A DNA stretch of 64,000 bases from the human T2T-CHM13v2.0 reference genome, Homo sapiens, in NCBI RefSeq assembly GCF_009914755.1, contig NC_060940.1. The stretch is one strand, 5' to 3'. The number at the start of each line of letters is the position of its first letter. Within the stretch, counting starts at the first letter, position 1. The notes under the pieces are model-generated. The model worked only from the letters and a program-made list of their open reading frames with translations. It did no database searches and was not told where the DNA came from. The position numbers and the translations under genes were made by a program. Shown in pieces: positions 53,017 to 64,000 of the stretch.

Positions 53017-54285
53017 GTAAATATATCACAGGCTGTCTTCTTGACACACAGAAGCCAACCAGGAACCTGTTTGCCGTGTTAGTCCTTAAGACAAACATCT
53101 TCGAATTTGACATCAAAAATATATTTATATATTTTAGCTCTGGCATTCACTTACCAAACATCTATTGAGTATCTGTTATATGCCAAACACTCTGCTAAGA
53201 TCTGGGGGCATAAATATGAATAAGACATGTCTAAAAATCTCTATATACTCCTAAGAAGCACTATACATTGTTTACTTTTTAAAGCTTTGGTAATTCTCTT
53301 CCAACATTTCAGAAGTGCCAATAAAACTATCATATAGAAGATAGGGAGAATATCATTGTTGGTAGTTTGTTTGCGTTTCAACATTATGAACCATACAGAA
53401 TTTCAGTCTTTATTTTAAATGGAACTTGTTCCTTGAACATATTTTATTTAAAAATCTTTGAGAATTAACGATATCATTTATAATATAGTCTTTGTGGATA
53501 TAGCATAAGAAGGCCCTATATATTTCCAACTATGAAATCTGTAGACTTACCAGAAACTTGCTCTTGCTGCACGATCCTTGTTAAGAATCCACATCACATT
53601 TACTTTGGCACATTGCTCCACGCTCAGCTATGGTGGCAACCTCTTAAGAGTTCATGCTAGTTTCATTGCTAATTCAGACATTTGTAAGGGCAAGGGGTGC
53701 CAGAAATTCCAGAGCATTAGTTAAAATAAGAGTAGCTACTTTACATAATTTGTGGTGCAACCATGGAATTGGCCTATTACCAACTCAGTGCCTTGGAAAA
53801 ATCCATCAGTAAATATTTATTAAGCAACTACCAACTGAAAGTCTGCTTAAATTCTGAACTACAACTCCTTACCACTAAGAATGGACAATAACCTATTTTA
53901 CTGGGGGTTTTCATTGTTAAATGAGACAATAATTGTTGAGTGCTTGGCATAATACCCAATACTTGATAGTAATTAAATAGTTATGAGAATGTGAGGATTT
54001 TTAATTCATTTATACAGTTAAAACATTTGTTTTATAACCAGCAACTCAAGGCCAAATGAGTGAGAGAGATAATAGAACATAATAAATTTTCGAGCTTGAA
54101 TAATCAGGGGGAAGAGAGGATTTAAGATCTGCCTTCCAGGTAAGTCACAAACTATGCGTAATATTTCCAGGAAGCATTCCAGCCCTAGTACGTGGATCTG
54201 GTTGCATTGATTTTATTTCCAGGTATTTGCATACACTCTGCCACAGCTCCGAAGATGAGCCGTCCATGTGATTTCATAGAGATGG

Positions 54286-54739
54286 TGTGTTAGTTTCCTT
54301 TGGCTACAGTAACAAACTACAACATGCCTGTTAACTTAAAACAACAGAAACGTATTCTCTTCCAGTTCTGGAGGTTAGAAGTTGAAATCAAGATGTCCGA
54401 AGGCTCATGCTGTCTCTGAAGACTCTGTGGGAGGACCATTCCTTACCTCTTCCTAGCTTCTGGTAGTTGTCAATCTTTAGTGTTCCTTGGCCTATAGACA
54501 CATCACTCCGATCTCTGCCGCCATCATCACGTAGCATTCTCATCTTTGTGTCTGTTTGTCTGTTTCATTATAAGAACCCCAGTTATTGGATTAGGGCCTA
54601 CCCGAATCCAATGTGACCTCATCTTAACTAATTATATGTGCAAAGACCCGTTTCCAAATAAGGCCACCTTCTGAGGTTTATATTGGACTTGAATTTGGGG
54701 ATTTGGGGGGTCTAGGGGGACACTCTTCAACCCTGTACA
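54286..54739 (-). mobile_element. MLT1B/C MaLR LTR in intron 2
   Basis: tgtgttagtttcct...cttaaaacaacagaaa...cagttctggagg...ttggattagggcc...ttccaaataagg...caaccctgtaca. Confidence 0.85.
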
Positions 54740-55329
54740 GGTGCATTCACCTGTGACAGCCAGAACCACTCATCTAATGTGATTCTTTGGAAGATCTTGG
54801 TCTAAAGTAGGTAATCCTGGTGATATGCCTCAAAGGTCTGAAAAATATTCACCCCCTTTGATCTACAATTTTACTCCTAGCAATTTATCCTAAAGAGTGA
54901 TGAAGAAAATATCTAGGTATGAGGATACTCACTGAGGCATCATATATAATAGCAATAAATAAATAAACAGAACAAATAAGTAAATAAATGTATCGTAACA
55001 GTAGGGGAATTTTTAAAGTAACTAATTTTACTTGATGAACATTACTCTATTTAAAAGGTTGAAGACTATTTAGTGTCTTGGGAAACTACTCACAGTATTA
55101 GATGAAAAAAGCAGAGAACAAAGCGGTCACCGGCATGTTCTAATCCTATTTATGGCCAGGTGCACACATACACTTCAAATAAATAGGAAAGGAAGGGTAG
55201 GGATATGTTACAGTGATCACCCTGGGTAGTGAGATGAAAAGTGATTTTCACTTTATTTTCCTGAGGTTCCTCAATTAACACTTCTGTTATCCGAAGGCAA
55301 CAAAATATTATTTTCAGTACCCATTAGCT

Positions 55330-55331
<2 letters not shown>

Positions 55332-55360
<29 letters not shown>

Positions 55361-55642
55361 GAGATGGAGTCTCTCTCTGTCATCCAGGCTTGAGTGCAGT
55401 GGCAGGATCTCAGCTCACTGCAAGCTCTGCAGCTCTGCCTCCCTGGTTCACGCCATTCTCCTGCCTCAGCCTCCCAAGTAGCTGGGACTACAGGCACCCG
55501 CCACCACGCCTGGCTAATTTTTTGTTTTTTTTTTTTAGTAGAGATGGGGTTTCACCATGGTTTCGATCTCCTGACCTTGTGATCCACCCGCCTCGGCCTC
55601 CCAAAGTGCTGGGATTACAGGCGTGAGCCACCACGCCCAGCC
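55332..55642 (-). mobile_element. AluY-type Alu in intron 2 (small internal deletion and duplication)
   Basis: T~29 head; TSD ttca(g/a)tacccatta(g/a)ctt. Confidence 0.92.
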
Positions 55643-58121
55643 TTCAATACCCATTAACTTCTAATTAACCTCTAATAGAATAAGTTTGTATTAGAATTCA
55701 GGACACTTTTCAAGGTTTCTGGGTACTTAAGAGTTTTTACCTGAAAGCCAAATTAACCTTTTTTCCCTAAAATATAAATGAGGGGCTTATTTTTATGGTT
55801 GGATTGTTAATAACCAGAGTATATAACAAGGATGTTTATTAATGGCATATGGTGTAAGCTACGTGACCAGAATGTAATAAAATACTCAATTTCAACAACC
55901 TCCTCAATTTTAGATGAAAGCATCATTTATTTCAGTGCAGCTTTGTAGCTTTTCAGCTTTGGGAAGTCCCATGAAATTTAATACCAAAATATTTAACTAA
56001 GATGGTGTTTTATGTATTCTTGTTTTCTACTAGCGGTTTTGGTCTGCTAAATCAAGGCAAATCATTTTAGCATTTTCAGATTATATTTGTGGTTAGGTCA
56101 GACTTCTACCATGCTTATTCATTTAGATATCATCATATGCCATTTTATATATAGTCCTTCGGTTTCACTGTTACTGAAACACAGACTTCCTATTGATGAC
56201 CGTAAAGTAGTCTTCCCAATTTAGCCCAATGCTACACGTTTTTATTAGAGTAGATTTTTGTTAGCATTGGTTTCTCATTTATAAAACCATTCATTGTTTA
56301 CAATATTGCAACACTGATCATTGAATTAGATACTGGCAAATATGTATATTTGTCACCCGGGCAGTCAGATCTGTCGTATTTTCTTATGTATATAAGTCTG
56401 ATTTCTACAGGCTCTTAATTTTAAATATTCCTGACATTTCTAACAATCTATCATTTGAGTTTCATTAGATTGTAACAGCCATCCAGCCAATTCCTTTTAT
56501 TTTGAAATACAATCTATCAACCAAAGCACAAATGTGCAGTTGAAGATGACAAATTGAAATAATGAGTGCTGGCTTACTAGGATCACAGGGAGTCATATTG
56601 TAAAGTAGTGCCATCAGATTTTAGAATGCACATGCTCTTTGTTCTAGGAGCTTCATTTTAGGAATTTATCCTACACATACATATAAATGTATAAATGTGA
56701 AATGAGATGACCAAGGACATATTCTGTAGCCTTGTTTACAAAAGTAAAAGATTGGGAACAGCCTAAATGCTCATCAGCAGGACATATTAAGTATATTACA
56801 AAACACCCATTCAACCGACTGTTATTCAGTCACTGATGAGTGACTTATGTGTACTGAATCAAACAATTTCCAAAGAGTATTAAATTTAAAAATCAAGGTA
56901 CAGAATAGACAATGGTATCATTAAGATGAAGATTACAAACACAAACACATACATTCTTGAATAGACCTAGAATGTCTCTAGAAGGCTTCTAAGAAACCAG
57001 TGGTTGTTTCTCAGAAGGGAAGTGGGTAAATTTTATACCATGTGCTAAAATTACTTCTCAATAATTTTTTTAATTACCTCACATGGTGCCAAGCAAGAGT
57101 TCAATAAATATTTGTTGATTGATTTTTTCCAAGTGTGTATGGCGGATATGAAAAACTCCATGTGTTTCCACCGTGCACACTTATTATTCAAAAAGGCTAG
57201 CTGTTTTATTTATTGACTTGGATCATGAACAGACTAAATAGACCTGAGCATCTGATTCATAATCCTGTCATCTACATTTTAAATAATTTATTCTGGTTGT
57301 ATTTCTTGTTTTCCTACTGAGCATTGTACCCTTAGTAGGTAGTCACTACTTAGGATGCACAATAAAACTGCTCGTCAAAAAGTTCCCATCAAAGGTTGCA
57401 TGCTTGCTACATTTCCATTTTCTGCTTGTTAAAGATCCACGCTTTGTGACCTTCAAGTATGCAAGACAGCTGACTGCCTTCCAGAGAAAAAGTGGCCAAC
57501 AAATCACAATAAAAGATTAGCAAGGTTTTTATTATGCTTTATTTATTGAATAGGTTTTCCTGTAAATATTATCCTCATACTGTTTAGCAAAACATTCTGG
57601 ACATAGCAGTTATCTTAAAAGAAAGAGAAATCAGTCTTCAAAGTCAAAATTGATGGTCTTCAAGATTTTTATGAAAACCTGGTAAAATCCTAAGTTTGTA
57701 ACACTCTTCCATTCTTGAAAGCGCTTGTCTCGTTTAATCGTTTCTGGACCCACGTTCTCTGAAGGAAACCAGGAGCCATGTTAGGCTCATTTCTTGAGTG
57801 CCCTTAATACGGATACCTAAGGAATTTGATAGCAATTCCAAATTCACCTTCATATCTCCTCCTAAAATAAAAGCACATTTGCAAATCAAATCCCTGGCTA
57901 TCTAGTAGTTCTTAAAATAATATGAAGGCTATCTCGGATTAGATACGATATATATAAAATACCTAGCACAGTGCCTGGTACATAATAGGCATTAATGCTG
58001 GGTGTTCCAAGTTGAGTTAGATTGATTTCAACTGAATTGAATTACACTTGCATATTCTTCTGGCTAGAATTTTCCACTTAATAGTTTCTGTTTTAAACTC
58101 ATGTAACAGAACAATAGAGCA

Positions 58122-58577
<456 letters not shown>

Positions 58578-58754
58578 CTAGCATGTGCAGTGATATCCCT
58601 TTATGTTTGTGGCCTCAGGGAAGAAGACTAACACCATGTCACAGAGCAAGAACTTCAGAGCAGACTCACTATAGACAAGATGTTCAGGGGAGTGCATTTC
58701 ATATAAAAATATGTTAACTTAGTACTCAAGTAGTCAGTTAATGGCTTCTGAAAG

Positions 58755-59135
58755 ATTTATGCACAAAAATGTTCATCATCACCCCATTAGCTATAAAAAA
58801 TATAAGGTACCAAATGACCAAACAATAGGAGATTGATTATATGTCCATAAAATAGTGAAGTATGCAGTTATTAAAAATAATGTTGATGACATTGTCAACA
58901 AGGACAACTTGTATGTTATAATTTTGTGAAGAAAAAAGCAACAGTCAAGTTTGTAAATATAGTTTCACACAACTATACTTAAAAATCTACGTAGCGACAA
59001 AAGGATTTGAGGGAAATAAACTAAAATTGTTACCAGAGAGGGATAAGCCATCACATTTTTCTCTTCTTTACAACTATCAGTGTTTTCCAATACTTCCACA
59101 CTGTACTTATTACTTTTCTAATCAGAAAAAATATT
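58755..59135 (+). mobile_element. Ancient L1M(E/C) 3' end abutting exon 3
   Basis: atgcacaaaaatgttcatc...caaatgaccaaacaatagga...tatgcagttattaaaaataatg...tattacttttctaatcagaaaaaa. Confidence 0.6.
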
Positions 59136-59159
59136 AACCAAAATTAAATTTCATAATAG

Positions 59160-59327
59160 GTATTCCCATCCGAACAACCTTGGACAACTCAACAACTGTT
59201 CAATATGCAGGCCTTCTTCATCACCTGACAATGAAAGCCAAAAGCACAGTTCGTGATATTGATCCTCAGAACGACCTGACTTTTCTTAGGATCAGATCAA
59301 AGAAACATGAAATCATGGTAGCTCCAG
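59160..59327 (+). CDS. DYNLRB2: DYNLRB2 coding exon 3 ([56 protein letters not shown])
   Basis: Acceptor taatag|GTATT, donor CCAG|gtaatt, 168 nt, phase 1-1. Contains the roadblock signature [15 protein letters not shown]. Confidence 0.97.
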
Positions 59328-59907
59328 GTAATTTGGCATTTCATTTCCTAGTTAAATCATCTTTCTAATTTGCTAGATTAAAAGCCTTGTTTCTATGAAT
59401 GGTAAGTACAGATTTTAGTATAGAATATAAAACATAATATTCTTCTATTACAAAATGATGTTTGAATGTAAAAATCCCAACCAAAAAAATTGTATGAAAT
59501 TAGCAATTAATATGACCCATGACTTTTGAACAGGTTGAATTTTGCCCACTTGCATTTATTATCAGTAATGAAAAAATTTAGAAAATGTACGTCTCATTTT
59601 CAGCAAACTTAGCATACAGACTCTGCAGAATGGGAGAAATGTTCCCTGTCCTGGGGATAAAGTAGGCAGTGAACCCAAGGCCTGTAGGTTCTTAAACCAT
59701 GGCTGTGAGGAAAGTACATCCCCCAGGTCTACCAGAAGACATCAGCCACAGAAACACTCCTTTCCCTGAAGGAATTAGGTTCGCAATATTACAAAATGAC
59801 TGTACAATGGGACCTATGCCACTAAACTAATCTAGAACAAACCTCTGTAACAGCAAATCCATCAAATCAGAATTGCTTATAAACTGAATTAAAGTTTTTT
59901 CCTACAC

Positions 59908-60084
59908 CAGTGTCCTCACCCTGGCTACACATCCAATCACTTGGAGGACATTTTAAAATTTTTTCCATTCCTGGGACTGCACCCCAAACCAATGAAATCA
60001 GAATCTCTGAGGCCCTAGGAAATGGGTATTTTCTAAAGACTGAACAGGTAATTCATACGTGCAGATAGGGTGGGAAACCATCTG
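59908..60084. mobile_element. MER5A-like hAT MITE in intron 3
   Basis: ccctggctacacat..aatcacttgg...ccaatgaaatcagaatctctg...gtgcag..agggtgggaaaccatctg. Confidence 0.75.
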
Positions 60085-60191
60085 TCTGCACAAGGTCCCT
60101 GTGATGTTTTGAAGAAAAAAGAAGACTAGTTGAAATATTCCTTGATTAAATTTAAATTAAGGGTGAATTGATTTTATCCATCTCTCCATAG

Positions 60192-60235
60192 ATAAGGAAT
60201 ATCTTCTGATCGTCATTCAGAATCCATGTGAATAG
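60192..60235 (+). CDS. DYNLRB2: DYNLRB2 coding exon 4 (DKEYLLIVIQNPCE-stop)
   Basis: Acceptor tctctccatag|AT, TAG at 60233-60235. Total CDS 3+76+168+44=291 nt = 96 aa + stop. Confidence 0.97.
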
Positions 60236-60298
60236 ACCTGCGATGGCCAAGGCTGTTTAAGCGACACTGGGTTGGAAACACTTGGCTCTCTCATGAGT

Positions 60299-60304
60299 AT
60301 TAAA
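60299..60304 (+). terminator. Polyadenylation signal (ATTAAA) of DYNLRB2
   Basis: First canonical-variant hexamer, 63 nt after the stop codon, followed by T-rich sequence. Confidence 0.65.
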
Positions 60305-60849
60305 ATTCTATTTCAATCTAACTGACCCTTCAAACATTCTTTTCTATTTCTATATCTAAACTGTTCTGCATGTCTCATTTAGTCCCTTTTGATTATATTG
60401 TGAAGTTGTACTTTAGTGATACAATAAGTGAATTCTGGTATATACGTCTCTATTGTCTTATAATACACAAAACCAAGGATTCTACTAAGACAGCGCTCCT
60501 TGTGATAATTATTTTAGTCTAGAAGTAGCTGTCATCAAGTACAGAAGTAGAATTTCGCCCATTTCTATGGTATACCAAGGAGATTCAGTAGACCATTATG
60601 GGAGCTATAAGGAGAGTAGAAAGTCCCAATACTCAAAGAGTGTTCAGTGGTTTCCCAGGTTAAATAAGGACAGTAGAGAGTCCGAAGCGTGGTTCCCACT
60701 GGGATCAGTGCCAACCTAAGCAGCTCCTCCATCCCTCGGACTTGTGCTTCTAGCACACCAGTCTGATGGGACCAGGAATGAGTCTTAGGCAAGGTTTCAT
60801 ACATATAAGGCTGAGTAGGTAACTCCAGAGGGTTTTATTTTTACTGGAT

Positions 60850-61640
60850 GTTGCAAACATTCAGAAAATCGTGAAAATAATATAACAAATCTAATAGATT
60901 TCCATGCACCCCAAACCCATAGAGAAGAGATATTAATATTTTGCCACATTTGCTTTATATCCTCTTTTATTCCAACTAAACTTTGCATTTTGAGATAACT
61001 GAAGTTTCATGTGAAATTTTCAGAAATAATATAGTGATTCTGTGTGCCCTTTATACAGTTTCCCCCTGTTGCAACATCCTCCAAAACCCTAGGACAGTAT
61101 CACAACCAGGAAATTGACAGTGACTCAATCAAGATACAGAATATCTCGGCAGGATTCCTCAGATGCCCTTTGGTAGCACCTCCCTCCAACCCTTGACCCC
61201 TGACAGCCACTAAGCTGTCCTCTGTTTATATAATTTTTAAATATCAAAAATGTTATGTAGGCCAGGCACAGTGGCTCCCGCCTGTAATCTCAGCATTTTG
61301 GGAGGCCGAGGCAAGCAGATCACCTGAGATCAGGAGTTCGAGACCAGCCTGGCCAACATGGTAAAACCCCATCTCAACTAAAAACACAAAAACTAGCCAG
61401 TCATGGTGGCGCGTGCCTGTAATCCCAGCTACTCAGGAGGCTGAGGCAGGAGAATCGTTTGAACCTGGGAGGTGGAGGTTGCAGTGAGCTGAGATCGCAC
61501 CACTTCACTCCAGCCTGAGCAACAACAGAGTTAGACTCTGTCCTCCTCAAAAAAAAAAAGTAAGCGGAAAAATACAGTATGTAACCTTTAGGGATTGACT
61601 TTTTCCCTCTGCATCATTCTCTTGAGATTCATCCAAAAAA
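60850..61640 (-). mobile_element. L1MB/MC 3' fragment(s), split by an Alu
   Basis: taggacagtatcacaaccaggaaattgaca...aatacagtatgtaaccttt...ttgagattcatccaa. Confidence 0.7.
61260..61559 (+). mobile_element. AluS
   Basis: Full dimer with A tail. Confidence 0.93.
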
Positions 61641-62684
61641 TCAGAAATGAAACATTGCAGATACAGCTGAAGCCTGCTCCTCCTCCTTGTGCCTCTGTCC
61701 TCCTTCCCCAGAAGATTCTTGTCAGGAGGCACAGGTTACCCAATGCAAGGGTCCACAGGCACTTTCACCTAAGTTTCTGCCACAGCTCCACATGAAGCCA
61801 AGTATGAGAATGATGCCTGGTAAGTTTATTAGTTCAGCCACACCACTGGCCCCAACTTGTACCCTGTGAGACTATCAGAGCCAACCCAGACAGACGGTGG
61901 TATCAGCAGAAAGGAAGAGCCACACCAAATCCCTAAGGTTAAAGGGATTTACTCTCCCAAGTGGTGATGGGAGAGGAGACAGGTCATGGAGGGAACTTAC
62001 CCAAGGCTGAGGGAGACAAGGGAGACTGAAGCCAAACAGCCAAACCTTTGTATGCAACAGATGTCTGAGCCCCACTGCATAACTCCATACTCCTGGGAGC
62101 AGTGCCTGCACGTGTAAATTTTGCAAATGTTCTCTAGGTAGTTGCAATGCAGCTGCAGGCCGAGACATGCTCAACCGTGGTCAGGAATGCAGGTTTTAGA
62201 GTCACTGGCCCTAGATTCTTCAAATTCTGACTCCACTGCTTGTCAGCAGTAGGAGCCTCATCGCCTCATATATAAAACAGGGTGATAAGAGAACCTAACC
62301 GAGGTTTGTTTATGAGAATCAGGTGAACTGATACAGATAAAATATCTGGCACACAGTGAATATTCAACAAATGTTTGCTTTTGCCGACACTGTTGCCGTC
62401 ACTCAAAAATGGCTGTTACTTGGGTGCTGAGGAGGAGTAGCCCAAGACACATATAAATGAGTTTTAGGGATAACTCTGATGTTCCTCACATCATCAAGCG
62501 ACACAATTATAAGGAGGTTGCTGACTCTGTCTGCAGAGAGAACAGAGCAAATAAGGAGATGAGCCCAAAGTATAACAGGAGTGTGTCTGCCTTAACCTAT
62601 GGGATGAATAAACCCAGAAGGATTGTAGGATAGGGAAGCTATGCCATGGCACATAGCTGACTTTGGGGCCATTTTCCCATACTT

Positions 62685-63095
62685 TTTATTTTAAAAGACT
62701 TCAGACTTACGGAAGATTAGAAAGAATAGCACAAGGAACACCATACAAGTTTCACCCACATTCACCAACTGTTAATATTTTATGACATTTGCTTCATCTC
62801 TCTCTGTAAGTACATATTATATATAGATATAGATATATATGCACACACACATAGCATATAAAAGCTGCAGATACTATAATAGCAGGTATTTCTCCAAAAT
62901 TAAAGAATCCTCTTACATAACCACCACACCAATTTCATACTTAAGAAGTTTAATATTAATGCAATAATATCATATAACATGCAATCATATTCAAATTGAC
63001 ACAGTGGTCCCAATAATGTTCTTTATAGCTTTTTTTAAAAAAAAGTCTAAGGGCCTATCAAGGGTCACATGTTGCATTTGGTTGTCATGTCTCTT
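62685..63095 (-). mobile_element. L1MC-type 3' fragment
   Basis: ttcagacttacggaaga...ttcaccaactgttaatatttt...ttgcatttggttgtcatgtctcttt. Confidence 0.7.
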
Positions 63096-64000
63096 TCATT
63101 TTTTAGCTGTTCTTAGAAACTTATTCTCCATTTCGCGACCTCTAGGTGGTATCCAATTTGTATTTGCTCTCCCTAGACACCCCAGTGCCACCTGCCCCCC
63201 ATTCCCCATAAGCCCCTCCTGATTGGGCCCAGGCACTGTCTGTAATGACAGGAAATGAAGCTGCAGAGTGGGTCTTCATCACAGGTGAGTGACTGCCCTC
63301 ATCTCAACCTCTTCCTTCAGCGCAGTGAAGCCTGAGTAACGTGGTACTCACTCAGCCCCGGACAGCTTCGGCGTCTGCTAACAGTTTCCAACATAAACAA
63401 GGTCTTGCTAGAATCTAAATGACAAGGAAATACACTAGTGAAGGGAAATCCATTCTTTTTAGAGTCTCAAATCATCACACCTGGAAAGAACCGTAGAGAT
63501 CATCTATCTGACCCTTTGGTTTTACAGGTGAGGATTTCACCTGAGCCTGGTGTCAGGTGTCTTTAAGACATCAGGTATGTGAACTTGTATTGGTCTAGCC
63601 ATGCTAATCGAACTGGCGCTTATGACATTATCAGGGGCTCATGCCCTTGTGAGAACCCTCCATACCATCCCCAAAAATTGTTTTTAGGAGGCACAGAATA
63701 GCTCATCGTTTTAAAGTGTTCCAGAGGTAACATTTGATTCTAATACCCAAATCTGTCTTCTTCCCATAGTTTCCTGCCCACCCAGAGCTTGTCATCAGAT
63801 GCATGGCTAAGTGGTAAAGCCATTTCCTTCCTCCTGACACAGCCAGAAATTTCAAGCCCTATTTGCAACATAGCAGTGTGAAATCTCTGGCAGGTGCAGA
63901 TGGCACGGCTGCAAGTGCCAGAACTCTATGTGGACTCTTCAGGGGAGGAAGACACTTCTATCCCACTGGGCAGGAAACTCACAGTGGTTGTGTCACAGTC

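Overview
Primate, most likely human, genomic DNA. The first ~50 kb is repeat-rich and contains no protein-coding gene I can support: Alu, L1, L2, MIR, MaLR/ERVL LTRs and hAT/Tigger DNA-transposon fossils. It is followed by the complete + strand gene DYNLRB2 (dynein light chain roadblock-type 2). The CDS is 50742-50744, 52941-53016, 59160-59327 and 60192-60235: 291 nt, 96 aa, all GT-AG introns, with a CpG-island promoter and an ATTAAA poly(A) signal at 60299. From memory, not from the sequence, this locus lies on chr16q23 at the edge of the MAF gene desert. I see no new multi-gene system, and all other listed ORFs look spurious. Best leads: an alternative in-frame first exon whose ATG sits in an L2-like (AATG)n tail, predicting a 125-aa isoform; a compact RFX/MYB/forkhead promoter module; a candidate poison exon whose donor is made by an LTR junction; an exon-3 acceptor with almost no pyrimidine tract at an old L1 3' end; a divergent CTCF-motif pair next to a near-perfect MARE; a ~93% identical inverted duplication inside an ancient L1; and an oddly bounded ERV-L insertion. 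Repeat subfamily names are recognised by eye, and boundaries are approximate unless a TSD is quoted.
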